Source: an uncultured Verrucomicrobiae bacterium
Lineage (GTDB): Bacteria > Verrucomicrobiota > Verrucomicrobiia > Chthoniobacterales > JAFAMB01
Assembly (NCBI GenBank): GCA_963813025.1
Contig: CAWEXO010000011.1
Location: 768,001 to 832,000, forward strand
Direction of reading: 5' to 3'
Length of the DNA: 64,000 bases
Shown: piece after piece, positions 46,730 through 56,746 of the stretch
Position numbering within the stretch: position 1 is the stretch's first letter
Layout of the letters: every line of letters begins with the position of its first letter
Notes under the pieces: generated by a model
Told to the model about the DNA's origin: nothing
The model's database searches: none
Seen by the model: only the letters and a program-made list of their open reading frames with translations
Translations under genes and position numbers: made by a program

Positions 46730-49180
46730 CTATCCCTCCAGCGCCAGGGGTGGAATCTCGTCAACCGTTTTGATCGGATGAAACCGGAGTTTTTCCCGCG
46801 CTTCACTCGGAACTTCTTCGAGATCTTTTTCGTTGGCCAGCGGGATCAGTACGTCGGCAATCCCCGCGCGCAGGGCCGCCAAGCTCTTCTCTTTCAGGCC
46901 GCCGATTGGCAGAACTGCTCCGCGCAGGGTGATTTCTCCGGTCATGGCGACGTCCTTGCGCACCGGCCTATTCCCAAAAAGGCTGGCCAGCGCTGTGAAA
47001 ATGGCAACACCCGCGCTCGGCCCATCCTTGGGAATCGCGCCGCTCGGAACATGAATATGGACATCCGTAGTGCCGAAGACGTCCTGATCGACCCCGAGCT
47101 GTTTTGAGCGGCTTTTAACCAGGCTGTAGGCGGCCTGCATCGACTCGCGCATGACCTCTCCGACTTGACCGGTAAGAAGAAGATTGCCTTTACCAGGGTA
47201 GCGAGTGGCTTCGACAAACAGCACATCGCCGCCAGTCGGCGTGTAAGCGAGCCCAGTCACGACACCGATCAAACTGTTGTCTAAATGTTGCTCGCGAACG
47301 GTTCGGGCCGCCCTCCCCAGAATGAGGCGGACAAAGTCCGGTGTGGCAATCGTGCTACCAGCGACGACCCCCTTGGCAACTTCCGCCGCTACGCTGCGAC
47401 AGATCGCGCCGATCCGGCGCTCCAAGTCGCGGACTCCCGCTTCATAGGTGTACTCACTAATGATCGTCAGAATGGCTTCGTCTTCAAATCGGCACTGCTC
47501 AGGCGTGAGACCGTTTTCCTGAAGTTGGCGCGGAACAAGGTACTGTTGCGCGATATGAAGTTTTTCGATTTCGGTGTATCCGGGGATGGAGATGATTTCC
47601 ATCCGGTCGCGCAAAGGCGCCGGAATCCCTTCGACATAGTTGGCGGTGCCAATAAAGATGACTTGGCTGAGATCGAAGGGTACATCGAGATAACGATCGA
47701 CGAATGCCTGGTTTTGACGCGGGTCCAGAACTTCGAGGAGGGCGCTCGCTGGATCCCCGCGAAAGTCGGCTCCCAATTTATCCAACTCATCCAACATCAT
47801 CACGGGATTGCGCACCCCAATGCGCCGGATTTCCTGGATGATGCGCCCGGGCATCGCTCCAATATAAGTTCGGCGGTGTCCTCGAATTTCCGCTTCGTCG
47901 CGGATGCCACCCAGGGAAATCCGGGCAAACTTTCGACCGAGCGCATCGGCGATCGATTGCCCCAGACTGGTCTTGCCGACCCCAGGCGGCCCAAGGAAAC
48001 AAAGGATGGGGCTTCGCCCAGTCGGATTCAGCTTACGGACTGCCAGGAACTCGACGATCCGGCGTTTCACTTTCTCCAGGCCGTAGTGGTCTCGATCGAG
48101 AATGGCCTGCGCATTGGCGAGATCGGCACTGTCTTCAGTTGTTTTGTTCCAAGGCAAATCCGCTAACAGCTCAACGTAGGAGATGATTACGGAAGACTCC
48201 GGGCTGGCATTCGGGATGTGCACCAGCCTCTTCAGCTCTTTTTCCGCGGTGTCGAGCACGGCCTGAGGCGCGCCCGCCTCACGCAACCGGTTGCGCAGCA
48301 GTTCCGCCTGTTCTTCCTCATTCGGTTCTTGCTCGCCGAGTTCACGCTGGATGGCCCGGAGTTGCTCGCGGAGGTAAGCGCGCCTCTGGGATTCCGAAAA
48401 GCGGCCCTCGACATCTTGTCGCAATTTTTGTTGCAGCTCGGCGATTTCAATCTGCCGCTGAAGAGCGTCACGAACGGCGTGCAGTCGGGGTAAAAGATCG
48501 GTTTCTTCGAGGATGCCCTGCTTCCGGGCAACATCCAGACCGAGGTTTCCGGCGATGAGGTCCGCTAGTTGCTCGGGACGTTCGACATTCGCCAGGACCG
48601 CTCTTGCCTGTTCGGGAATCTCCGGGGAAAGGTCGAGCAGGCGGGCCGTCATTTCTCTCAGGTTGTTAAACAAGGCTTGCAGTTCAGCGTTATCGCCCGC
48701 CGGAGTGACTGTTGGGACGGTGCTAACGACCGCGCGGAGATACGGTTCGGTCTGAACGAAAGATTCGAACCGAACGCGTTCTTGCGTTTGCACCAACAAA
48801 ATGGCGGAACCGTCGGGTTGGCGAACCAGCTTCAGAACCTGGGCCGCGACTCCGAGCCGGTACAAGTCTGCCGGACCTGGCTTGTCGAGCTGTTCATTCT
48901 GTTGAGTGACCAGGGCGATATACTTGTTGTCTGGCAGTTCCATGTCGATCAACTTGAGAGCGGACGGCCGGCCAACGGTCAGCGGAGCGATCGTTCCCGG
49001 GAACAGGACAATCCCGCGGACCGGAAGCACCGGCAAAGTTCGCTGACCGGTTGTAGCCGCAGCTCGGTTACCGGCCTCGTCTGAAGTAGCGCCGCGCTGT
49101 TCCGGAGCTGGCTCTGGAGTATTTGGTCTGCTTTCCAAGAGAGGATCGTTTTCGGGATTTATCACAAGTTGTCGTTCCAA
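46730..49180 (-). CDS. lon: ATP-dependent Lon protease
   Basis: LON N-domain, [22 protein letters not shown] (Ser), IGGLKEK (Lys). Confidence 0.97.
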   Translation of the reverse strand: MERQLVINPENDPLLESRPNTPEPAPEQRGATSDEAGNRAAATTGQRTLPVLPVRGIVLFPGTIAPLTVGRPSALKLIDMELPDNKYIALVTQQNEQLDKPGPADLYRLGVAAQVLKLVRQPDGSAILLVQTQERVRFESFVQTEPYLRAVVSTVPTVTPAGDNAELQALFNNLREMTARLLDLSPEIPEQARAVLANVERPEQLADLIAGNLGLDVARKQGILEETDLLPRLHAVRDALQRQIEIAELQQKLRQDVEGRFSESQRRAYLREQLRAIQRELGEQEPNEEEQAELLRNRLREAGAPQAVLDTAEKELKRLVHIPNASPESSVIISYVELLADLPWNKTTEDSADLANAQAILDRDHYGLEKVKRRIVEFLAVRKLNPTGRSPILCFLGPPGVGKTSLGQSIADALGRKFARISLGGIRDEAEIRGHRRTYIGAMPGRIIQEIRRIGVRNPVMMLDELDKLGADFRGDPASALLEVLDPRQNQAFVDRYLDVPFDLSQVIFIGTANYVEGIPAPLRDRMEIISIPGYTEIEKLHIAQQYLVPRQLQENGLTPEQCRFEDEAILTIISEYTYEAGVRDLERRIGAICRSVAAEVAKGVVAGSTIATPDFVRLILGRAARTVREQHLDNSLIGVVTGLAYTPTGGDVLFVEATRYPGKGNLLLTGQVGEVMRESMQAAYSLVKSRSKQLGVDQDVFGTTDVHIHVPSGAIPKDGPSAGVAIFTALASLFGNRPVRKDVAMTGEITLRGAVLPIGGLKEKSLAALRAGIADVLIPLANEKDLEEVPSEAREKLRFHPIKTVDEIPPLALEG

Positions 49181-49236
49181 AGATAAATTGGGAAAGAGGA
49201 GTGTCTCCAGGTGAGATCACTCGTGGACGGACGGTT

Positions 49237-49674
49237 TCAGGCATGAGAGCGTCGCGGGATCGTGATCCACAGCAGGCCATTAAACCATTCAGAGCTTGCC
49301 TTCCCCGGAGCAAGATCGTCGGGTAAAGCGATCTCGCGGGCGAACGGTCCGTAGCTGATTTCCATGGCGAGCACGCGCACGTCCTTGCGAGCACGCTGGC
49401 CCTCTTGCGGACAGGGAGGTTCTGGTGGTTCACGATGGCCGCTGATCCGGAGATGCCCTTGGACAAGATCCAACTTCACGCTACCTGGGGCGACGCCAGC
49501 CAATTCAACGGAGATCCGCCAACAGTTCTCACAAAGAAATACATTCACGGACGGAGTCCAAGCCGGGTCTGAGTTTCGAAAACCAGCAAAGTGGAGCTTC
49601 GTGATCTGGTAAGCTACTTCGCCAAGCTGACCTTCCAGACGGCGAAGTCTGAGGGTACGGATGTTGCGGCTCAC
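49237..49674 (-). CDS. Hsp20/alpha-crystallin small heat-shock protein
   Basis: WTPSVNVF, VELAGV, LRISGHR, MEISYGPFAREIALP, NGLLWITIP. Confidence 0.9.
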   Translation of the reverse strand: MSRNIRTLRLRRLEGQLGEVAYQITKLHFAGFRNSDPAWTPSVNVFLCENCWRISVELAGVAPGSVKLDLVQGHLRISGHREPPEPPCPQEGQRARKDVRVLAMEISYGPFAREIALPDDLAPGKASSEWFNGLLWITIPRRSHA

Positions 49675-49774
49675 TCAAAAAAGATCGCGGACGAACAAAA
49701 CAAAGCAAGTGAGTCGCAAAAACTAATCCCAACGGATTACAGACCGCATCCGTGAAAAAGGGTACATTACCCGA

Positions 49775-50746
49775 ATGGATTATTCGAATCGGGTTCCCCC
49801 TGAACGCATGAAGACGGTCATGGTGGTCGATGATCTGCCTGCGAACCTGGACGTATTGCTCGGCTATCTGAACGGTGCAGGTTACCGCGTTTTAGTCGCG
49901 GAGACCGGAAAACGCTGCCTGGAACAACTGGAACGGGAACTGCCTGACATCATCCTTCTCGACCTGATGATGCCGGGAATCGACGGGATTGAGACCTGCC
50001 GTCAGATCAAGAAACGGCCAGCGTGGAGCCGTATTCCGATCATTGTGATCACCGCCGCGGACGAGTTGACAAAAAAGCTCGAGTCTTTTGCGGTCGGTGC
50101 CGTGGATTTCTTGACCAAACCGATTCAACCGGAAGAGGTGCAAGCCAGGGTGCAAACACACCTGAAAATCCGGGAACTCCAAGCACAGCTGGAACAAAAG
50201 AACGGAGAACTTGCCGAAGAAATCGAGCTTCGGCTTGACGCGGAAAAGCAGCTCGAGGCCTCACTGGAACAGGCTTTGCTCGTGGCCAATCATCACGGCG
50301 AAATCCTGTTCGCGACGCGGCAAGGACGAATCCTGCTCAGCAGTTTCTTCGACAAGCTTTCGCCCAACGAGCTGCCGAAAGAACTAGTCAACTGGATGCG
50401 CGGCCCCAACAGTTTAAAACCTTTGGCGGTCACCCATCCGAAGAAAGGCGAGATCGAAATTGATGTTTTCTCTTTGCCCAATTCTAAAAATGTCTCCCTG
50501 CTCCGGATTGAACAAAGGACGGGAGACAACGGTCCGAAGGCGCTGCTTTCGCTCGGCCTGACGGCGCGCGAAGCGGAGGTGCTGTACTGGATGGCAGAGG
50601 GAAAAACGAACCCGGAGATCGCCATTATTCTGGACGCTTCGCTCAATACGGTAAAAAAACACGCCAATAATTTGTTCGCAAAACTGGGGGTCGAAACACG
50701 AACCGGCGCGGCGCGGCTTGCTTTGAGCGTGCTCTCGCCCGCCTGA
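49775..50746 (+). CDS. Response regulator with C-terminal LuxR-type HTH
   Basis: VVDD..LLDLMMPGIDG..TKP receiver; LTAREAEVLYWMAEGKTNPEIA..TVKKH..LFAKLGV. Confidence 0.93.
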   Translation: MDYSNRVPPERMKTVMVVDDLPANLDVLLGYLNGAGYRVLVAETGKRCLEQLERELPDIILLDLMMPGIDGIETCRQIKKRPAWSRIPIIVITAADELTKKLESFAVGAVDFLTKPIQPEEVQARVQTHLKIRELQAQLEQKNGELAEEIELRLDAEKQLEASLEQALLVANHHGEILFATRQGRILLSSFFDKLSPNELPKELVNWMRGPNSLKPLAVTHPKKGEIEIDVFSLPNSKNVSLLRIEQRTGDNGPKALLSLGLTAREAEVLYWMAEGKTNPEIAIILDASLNTVKKHANNLFAKLGVETRTGAARLALSVLSPA

Positions 50747-50747
50747 A

Positions 50748-50840
50748 GGGTCTGTCTGACTTTTGACTCTTTCGATGAAGGCTCCTCCTTCGCTAAAGCT
50801 TCGGCGGACACGTCAGATGAAGAGACTGTCCCACAAGGCG
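50748..50840. repeat. Small repeat mosaic
   Basis: gggtctgtctgacttttgactcttt (reverse complement resembles about 46707-46731), gaaggctcctccttcgctaaagcttcggcggac, gaagagactgtcccacaa. Confidence 0.55.
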
Positions 50841-51127
50841 GCTTTTGCCCATGTCTCACCCGTTTGGGTGATTTCGTCATGCCAACTCTCAAGCTATAAA
50901 ACAGCGGTAATGACGTCGGGAATAACGGCGTTGCGCTTGATTCCGAGCCGGGTCAGGGTCGAGCAGCCGGGGGGAATGCGAAACCTCGCCGCTCGGAATC
51001 AAACGCAACGCCGTCTTCGCCAGGGCCAGAGAGTCCTTTTTTTTGCGGATTGAGTGCCGAAAGAATAGATTTTTTCGGCAATTTTCTGGCTGGGCTTTTT
51101 TCTGCCGAAGCCTACGCTTCTCGTTGA

Positions 51128-51355
51128 ATGAGATCATTGGTAGCTTTCCTCGTCGGTCTGATTATCGGCGGCGTGTCAATTCTGTTTTTACCAGATACGC
51201 GGCGCGAGAATCTGAATACGGAGCTCCGGGCGCAAGTCGAAACTTTGCAGAAGCAAATACACGATTTTGGAGGTCAACTGAAGGACCTCAAACTACCTAC
51301 TCCGGAGGCTTCGACGCCAGCGCCTTCCCCGACAGCAACACCAACACCGCAGTAG
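51128..51355 (+). CDS. Small membrane-anchored coiled-coil protein (YtxH-like architecture)
   Basis: FLVGLIIGGVSILFLP TM, coiled coil, Pro/Thr tail. Confidence 0.7.
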   Translation: MRSLVAFLVGLIIGGVSILFLPDTRRENLNTELRAQVETLQKQIHDFGGQLKDLKLPTPEASTPAPSPTATPTPQ

Positions 51356-51362
51356 TCGCGCG

Positions 51363-51818
51363 ATGGAGGCGGAGATCGAGCGCAAATTTCTGGTTGACCG
51401 TCTTCCGTCCGGTCTGGAAAGAGCTCAACAGATTGAGCAGGGTTATCTGGGACTGGGCGCCGACGCTCAGGCGGGCGTTCGAGTGCGCCGGGTCGATTCC
51501 ACACGCGCGTTTCTCACCGTGAAAGGCGGCCGGGGCATACGCCGGGTCGAGGTCGAGTTGCCGCTGACCCCGGAGCAGTTTGCTGCCTTGTGGCCACTGA
51601 CGGAGGGGCGCCGGCTGATCAAGAAAAGATACAAGGTTGCGTTGAACCAGGGACTTTCGGTTGATCTGGACCTTTATGAAGACCAGCTTGCCGGATTGAT
51701 CACCGCGGAAGTGGAGTTTCCATCTGAAGCCGCCGCGAAAGCCTTTGAGCCGCCATCCTGGTTTGGCGGAGAGGTAACGGGCGAAGTAAAGTACCTGAAT
51801 TCGAGCTTGGCGCACTAG
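51363..51818 (+). CDS. CYTH-domain protein (triphosphate tunnel)
   Basis: EIERKFLV, IEQGYL, RVRR, LTVKG, EVE, IKKRY, AEVEF, WFGGEVT...Y.N..LA. Confidence 0.93.
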   Translation: MEAEIERKFLVDRLPSGLERAQQIEQGYLGLGADAQAGVRVRRVDSTRAFLTVKGGRGIRRVEVELPLTPEQFAALWPLTEGRRLIKKRYKVALNQGLSVDLDLYEDQLAGLITAEVEFPSEAAAKAFEPPSWFGGEVTGEVKYLNSSLAH

Positions 51819-51837
51819 TGCGCGTCGCTCCCAAATT

Positions 51838-52884
51838 TTACGGATTTGCGTGCGATGCAGGCTGTGACACGGCGGCGTTTCCGTTTCCAGTGATCTTTTC
51901 TTTGGGGAGGTTATGCCAAATTTCCCAATAGGCTCGTAGACGTCTTTCGAATTGGCGCGGTTTTTCGACGTAAACGCGGCAAGCGATATCGAGCGCAGCA
52001 GCCTTTAGCTTTCCCTGTCTTTGGTCAATGGCGTGCAGCAAGGTGAGTCGATCTTCCGCCGCCTGCTGCGTAGCTCGCTCAGAGTAGGGTTCCTGATTGA
52101 TTCTCGTTCGGAGAACGGCGAGATCATGATTTTTGCCGAGCAAATCGGTCAAATCATCCAGTTCATCAATCAAGCGCTTGAGAGGACCCGGCCAGATTGG
52201 GCGCATCAAGCGAAGCTGGTAACCGAGAGTCTTTGCGTGTTTCCGGAGCTGGTGCCAGTTTTCTTCGGCGAAGTTCCCCGGCCCGATGAATTGGCATTGT
52301 CGTAGGTAATTGCGGCCCTTGCGGTAGGATTCCCTCAGACCTTCGCGAAAAAGTGCGTTCCAGCACGGCTTGTCGGCGTCGGGCGCCGCTGTCAGCCAAA
52401 GCGATAATCGTTGGCGAATTGCGCGAAGCGAACGCAGCGATTCCTGGAGAGTAGGGACCGCGATTTTTGTCCGGACATCCTGTTCCAGTTCCCGCCGGAT
52501 TCTGGCTGCGCTCGCTGGGTTCCAGGCAGATTCCGGTGGACGAGAGTTGCGGTCCGAGGCAAGCAGTTCGTCGAGCGTTTCCATCATTACCTGGGCATCC
52601 CGGCTGCGCGAAAGTGTTCGACCGCTGTCCCGGAATATTAGATTATCCTCCCGCCATTCTTCGGGCGTCATCGCGGAACGCACAAGACGCAGGAGTGCCC
52701 TCAGGCTCTTCAGATCTTTTCTGGCATCGTGGATGTCCTTTGCGTTCGGGCTTGGTTTTCGGGAAAGGTTTCGCAGCACACGGTTAACGCGCTCACGGGC
52801 AACGCGTTTGACGCCGTCGGACCCGGACTCTTTTTGTTCGAAGCGGAAAGCCATGGAATCAGGATTACGCTCCGCTAGCGACAT
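51838..52884 (-). CDS. CHAD-domain (polyphosphate-binding) protein
   Basis: IHDARKDLKSLRALLRLVR, LSRSRDAQV, WHQLRKHAK, LGKNHDLAVL. Confidence 0.92.
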   Translation of the reverse strand: MSLAERNPDSMAFRFEQKESGSDGVKRVARERVNRVLRNLSRKPSPNAKDIHDARKDLKSLRALLRLVRSAMTPEEWREDNLIFRDSGRTLSRSRDAQVMMETLDELLASDRNSRPPESAWNPASAARIRRELEQDVRTKIAVPTLQESLRSLRAIRQRLSLWLTAAPDADKPCWNALFREGLRESYRKGRNYLRQCQFIGPGNFAEENWHQLRKHAKTLGYQLRLMRPIWPGPLKRLIDELDDLTDLLGKNHDLAVLRTRINQEPYSERATQQAAEDRLTLLHAIDQRQGKLKAAALDIACRVYVEKPRQFERRLRAYWEIWHNLPKEKITGNGNAAVSQPASHANP

Positions 52885-52924
52885 TGGAAGTTCAACTGTG
52901 AGCGAGGGCTTGGCCAGAGCGAAG

Positions 52925-53145
52925 TTATTTCGAGCCGCTTTCGAAGTGGTGTTAAGGACGAGGAGCGGGTAGGGATGAGCTCCTGGATGAGCTCCCGACT
53001 ACGGACAAGCCTTAGCCGCGGGCGGATATGGAATGCCGCAACGCTTTCGCCGGAAGGCGCGCCGTAGCGCTTGCGGAGGCAGCCTGACAACCACCATGGC
53101 ATCTACCGAGCTTGGGTGTTGAGAGACAATCTCTTTTATTCGAGC
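52925..53145. repeat. Family C composite repeat
   Basis: ttcgagccgctttcg...ggtagggatgagct...gactacgga...ggatatggaatg...gcgcgccgtagc.cttgcggaggc, matching 22560-22705. Confidence 0.8.
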
Positions 53146-53258
53146 ACAACGTCCATCATCTCGAAAAATCACCGATCTACCGGGAGAAACCTGGTGAGAT
53201 GCGGATTCACAGCTCGCGTGCCGGGCCGATTTTTCAGCTCTCGCCGCGCTGCGCCACG

Positions 53259-54098
53259 TTATCCTTTTACCGCACCTGCCGTGAGACCTTCCACGATCCG
53301 ATATTGGAAGATCAAGACGAGGAGCACCAACGGCACCGTCACCACCATCGAACCGGCCATAATCGAGCCCCACGGCTGTTCAAAAGCACTCGTACCGGAG
53401 AATTGCGAGATGACGACCGGTACAGTCTTCATGTTGTCGGTTATGGTAAAGGTCAGCGCGAAAAGAAACTCGTTCCAGGCGGCAATAAAAGCCAGCAACC
53501 CGGTGGAGACTAGACCGGGTAATGTCAACGGCAGCAGAATTTGCCAGAAAACTTTCAGCGGAGATGCACCGTCCACATACGCCGCTTCTTCCAGTTCGCG
53601 CGGCAGGCTGCGGAAGTACTGAGTCATCACCCAGATAGTAAAAGGCATAGTGAAAATCAGGTAGGTCAGGATGAGCCCTTGTCTGCTATTGAAAAGATTC
53701 AAGGTCTTGAGCATGATGAAGAGTCCCGAGAGGACAGCGATCTGGGGGAACATTGTCATCAAGAGGACCAGGTAAAGGACCGGACCCTTAAAACGAAAAG
53801 GCAACCGACCCAGGGCGTAGGCGCAGAGGCTGCCCAACCCAAGCGATATCAGGACGGTGCATCCAGCGATGATGATCGAATTAATCAAACTGCCGACAAA
53901 ACGCGGATCTTTGAAAACCGCCAGGTAGTTTTCCGGCGTGACTCGTCTCGGCCAGAGTTGGGTGGAAAAAAGATCACTCGGCGGCCGGAATGAAGAAATT
54001 ACTGCCCAGACAAATGGGAACAGGTTGAAGACCAGAATGATAGCGACCAGGACATAGAACAAAATGCGCAATAGAGGCGATTTATCGTTGTTATTCAT
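53259..54098 (-). CDS. Carbohydrate ABC transporter permease (MalG/ThuG-like)
   Basis: LPRELEEAAYVDGA EAA motif, AWNEFLFAL, IVEGLTAGAVKG. Confidence 0.93.
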   Translation of the reverse strand: MNNNDKSPLLRILFYVLVAIILVFNLFPFVWAVISSFRPPSDLFSTQLWPRRVTPENYLAVFKDPRFVGSLINSIIIAGCTVLISLGLGSLCAYALGRLPFRFKGPVLYLVLLMTMFPQIAVLSGLFIMLKTLNLFNSRQGLILTYLIFTMPFTIWVMTQYFRSLPRELEEAAYVDGASPLKVFWQILLPLTLPGLVSTGLLAFIAAWNEFLFALTFTITDNMKTVPVVISQFSGTSAFEQPWGSIMAGSMVVTVPLVLLVLIFQYRIVEGLTAGAVKG

Positions 54099-54982
54099 TC
54101 GAAGCTGGTTCGGCTGAGCCGGGTGTAAAGAAAAACGAACACCATAATAAACAGCAGGATGATCACGGAAGTCGCCGACCCCACGCCCGCGTCAAGGAAC
54201 GAGATGAGCTGTTGTTGGTTGTAGGTCGCCATGGTCTGCAGGTTACCCTGCCCTCCAACCATCACGTAAAAAATATCGAACACTCGCAGCGCATCGAGCG
54301 TCCGGAAGATCAAGGCGACCAGCAAAGTAGGCATAACCAGCGGCAGGGTAATGGCCCAGAACTGTTTTGTCCCGGTTGCCCCATCGATTGCACCCGCTTC
54401 ATAGAGGTCCTTGGGGATCAACTGCAAACCGGCGAGGAGCAAAAGCGCCATAAACGGCGTTGTCTTCCAGACATCGACCGCAATGATCACCGGGAGGGCC
54501 GTTGCCGGGGTCGCCAGCCAGGCCAGTTTATGCGGAATGATGTGCAGCGCGGCCAGAATGATGTTAGCCACCCCATAGATATCGTTAAACATCCATCGCC
54601 AGATCTGCGAAGAAACGACTGTCGGAATCGCCCAGGGAATCAAGATCGCCACCCGCAGGAAGGTGCGACCTTTGAATTTAGAGTTGGCGACCAGAGCAAC
54701 ACCCAATCCGAGCACCGTTTCGATCACGACCGAACAAACTGTAAAGATCAACGTGATGACGACTGCGTGCCAAAAGTCAGGGTCGGTAAAAATAAAGACA
54801 TAATTATTGAACCCGATAAAACTCGCCGGGGTGACCCCGTCGAGTTTGTACTTCATGAACGAATAAACGATGACTTGGGCAAGCGGGTAACCAATGATCA
54901 GAAAGACCACGAGGACCGCGGGAATAATGAGATACCACGCCAAACGTTTTTGGCGCGCGTAGAGGTCGATCTCTTTGGGCAC
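54095..54982 (-). CDS. Carbohydrate ABC transporter permease (MalF/ThuF-like)
   Basis: IPWAIPTVVS, DVWKTTPF, LYEAGAIDGA, FRTLDALRVFD. Confidence 0.93.
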   Translation of the reverse strand: MPKEIDLYARQKRLAWYLIIPAVLVVFLIIGYPLAQVIVYSFMKYKLDGVTPASFIGFNNYVFIFTDPDFWHAVVITLIFTVCSVVIETVLGLGVALVANSKFKGRTFLRVAILIPWAIPTVVSSQIWRWMFNDIYGVANIILAALHIIPHKLAWLATPATALPVIIAVDVWKTTPFMALLLLAGLQLIPKDLYEAGAIDGATGTKQFWAITLPLVMPTLLVALIFRTLDALRVFDIFYVMVGGQGNLQTMATYNQQQLISFLDAGVGSATSVIILLFIMVFVFLYTRLSRTSFE

Positions 54983-55006
54983 CTTGCGGACCAGGTTAGC
55001 TGTTAT

Positions 55007-56302
55007 CTACCGAACAATCCGTTTGGCCACACGCTCAACGTCTTGCACAGCTTGCTGCGCTGACGTGCCGCCAGTCAACACCTTGTTTACGCCTTGAAAA
55101 AACGCGGTAGAAACCTGGTTATAATCCGCTCCCGTCACGGTGGAAGGACGAGCAATGGCGTTGTTCAACACGTCTAACGCGTTAGTAAACCACTTCTCCT
55201 TCGCGAGGACATCCGAATCCTTGTAGAGAGCCGGTCTGGTCGGCAACTGGCTGAGTTCGATTGCGCGCTTTTTCTGAGCGGCGTCAGAAGTGAGGTAGCG
55301 AACCAGGTCCGCGGCTACGTCCGGATTTTTGGAGTACTTCGCCACCATCAGTTGCCAGCCACCGAGGCAGGCCGCATTCTTCCCGTTTTCTCCGCCTTTC
55401 GGAAGAACACCGGCATCAAACTTCCCGGAAATCGCGCTCTTCGGATCAGCGCCCAGGGCGTAAGCGTAAGGCCAGTTGCGCATAAACGCGGCGTTTCCTT
55501 GCTGCCAGACATTGCGGGCGTCTTCCTCGCTATAGGTCACGACGCCCCGGGGAGAGATGGTGCCAACCCAGCTCTTGGCTGTCTCCAGGGCCTTGATCGC
55601 CTCAGGGTTGTTGATCGTAACCTTCTTATTTTGGTCAATGATGGTCCCGCCGCCGTAGCTGTAGATCCATTCGATCGCGTTGCACGTAACGCTCTCGCTG
55701 GCTTTTCCCTGGAAAACAAACCCTTGAAAGTCCGGTTTGCCGGCCGCGCGTTCGCCGTCCTGAATCTTTTTCGCCATTTCGGCTAGCTCTTCCCAGGTTT
55801 TTGGTGGCCCTTTATATCCGTATTTTTCGAGGAGATCAGTCCGATAGAAAAGGAGCCCGGCGTCCGTAAAGAATGGCATCGCGACCAGTTGCCCCTTTAC
55901 CGTGTTGTTCTGGATGATTCGCGGGAAATGCTGGCTGATTTCGTCTTCCTTGAAATATTTTTTCAGATCAACGGCATGTGGAGCGGCGATGCCCGGCCAA
56001 ATGACATCGACCATGTAAACATCGACATCCGAGCTGTGCGCCGCCCAATATTGCTGAAACTGCTGCAGGGTAGCCGACGCGTCATTCGGGCGGCTGACGT
56101 ACACGAGCTTGTTGCCCGTCTTCTGGGCCCATTCTTCGGCGAGAGCTTTTGTCCAGCGCCCGCCTTCGCCGACATCAGAATCGCCAGCAAACGTGATGGT
56201 TACTCCGGCCGAAAAGCCGGACTGGGAAAATAAAAGCGAGCTAACCGCGGTTAGCAACAAGGGGCGCAAGAAACGCGATCGGACAGAATGGAGTGCCTTC
56301 AT
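55007..56302 (-). CDS. Sugar ABC transporter substrate-binding protein (trehalose/maltose, ThuE-like)
   Basis: Signal peptide, DVIWPG, FTDAGLLFYRTDLL, FMRNWPYAY, LGGWQL, ARPS; ATG at 56302. Confidence 0.9.
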   Translation of the reverse strand: MKALHSVRSRFLRPLLLTAVSSLLFSQSGFSAGVTITFAGDSDVGEGGRWTKALAEEWAQKTGNKLVYVSRPNDASATLQQFQQYWAAHSSDVDVYMVDVIWPGIAAPHAVDLKKYFKEDEISQHFPRIIQNNTVKGQLVAMPFFTDAGLLFYRTDLLEKYGYKGPPKTWEELAEMAKKIQDGERAAGKPDFQGFVFQGKASESVTCNAIEWIYSYGGGTIIDQNKKVTINNPEAIKALETAKSWVGTISPRGVVTYSEEDARNVWQQGNAAFMRNWPYAYALGADPKSAISGKFDAGVLPKGGENGKNAACLGGWQLMVAKYSKNPDVAADLVRYLTSDAAQKKRAIELSQLPTRPALYKDSDVLAKEKWFTNALDVLNNAIARPSTVTGADYNQVSTAFFQGVNKVLTGGTSAQQAVQDVERVAKRIVR

Positions 56303-56386
56303 TTGGGGGAAAGACCTTAGATAGGGTTGAATACGAGTAAACAGGGCAGGTAAGAACGTGTCAAGAAATGTCAGCAGAGTAATGCG

Positions 56387-56547
56387 GAGGGTTTCGGGTT
56401 TCACGTTTTCTCGGGATGCCGCCGCGCGGGTTGGCAAGTGCTCTCGAGCAAAACGCACCTGTGCTGCCTACCTTCCCAGATACGGACCGGGCTGTCCGCG
56501 CTACCTGGGGCGGCCGGAAACGCCAAACGTGAAACCCGAAACGCCTC
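56387..56547. repeat. Inverted heptamer-repeat pair (GAAACnn) forming a long-range stem
   Basis: gagggtttcgggtttcacgttt ... gaaacgccaaacgtgaaacccgaaacgcctc. Confidence 0.7.
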
Positions 56548-56746
56548 AGCAGCAGCCGCGAAATTTGCCCTTCCCCACATCATATCTCGCCTTTTGACGT
56601 TCCCGAAAGAACTCCGGATAACTCATGATGGGTTCGTCGGGATGCCGCGACTTTCGATGCGCGACATAGGCCTCATAATCCGGAACGCCCACCATCAGTC
56701 GCGCGGTGCGGACGAGCAGAGCCCGAATTTGGCGCAGGTTAGCCAT
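56546..56746 (-). CDS. ybdD: YbdD/YjiX-family small protein (CstA-associated)
   Basis: ARLMVGVPDYEAYVAH...HPDEPIMSYPEFFRERQKARY...GCC. Confidence 0.93.
   Translation of the reverse strand: MANLRQIRALLVRTARLMVGVPDYEAYVAHRKSRHPDEPIMSYPEFFRERQKARYDVGKGKFRGCC

Noticed and set aside
53259..56302. Sugar ABC transporter lacking an ATPase gene as a novelty
   Set aside because: Sharing a distal MsmX/MalK-type ATPase is common for CUT1 transporters
56546..56560. Possible selenocysteine read-through at the TGA ending ybdD, followed by structured sequence
   Set aside because: The protein already ends in the family-typical Cys-Cys; the downstream structure is a heptamer repeat
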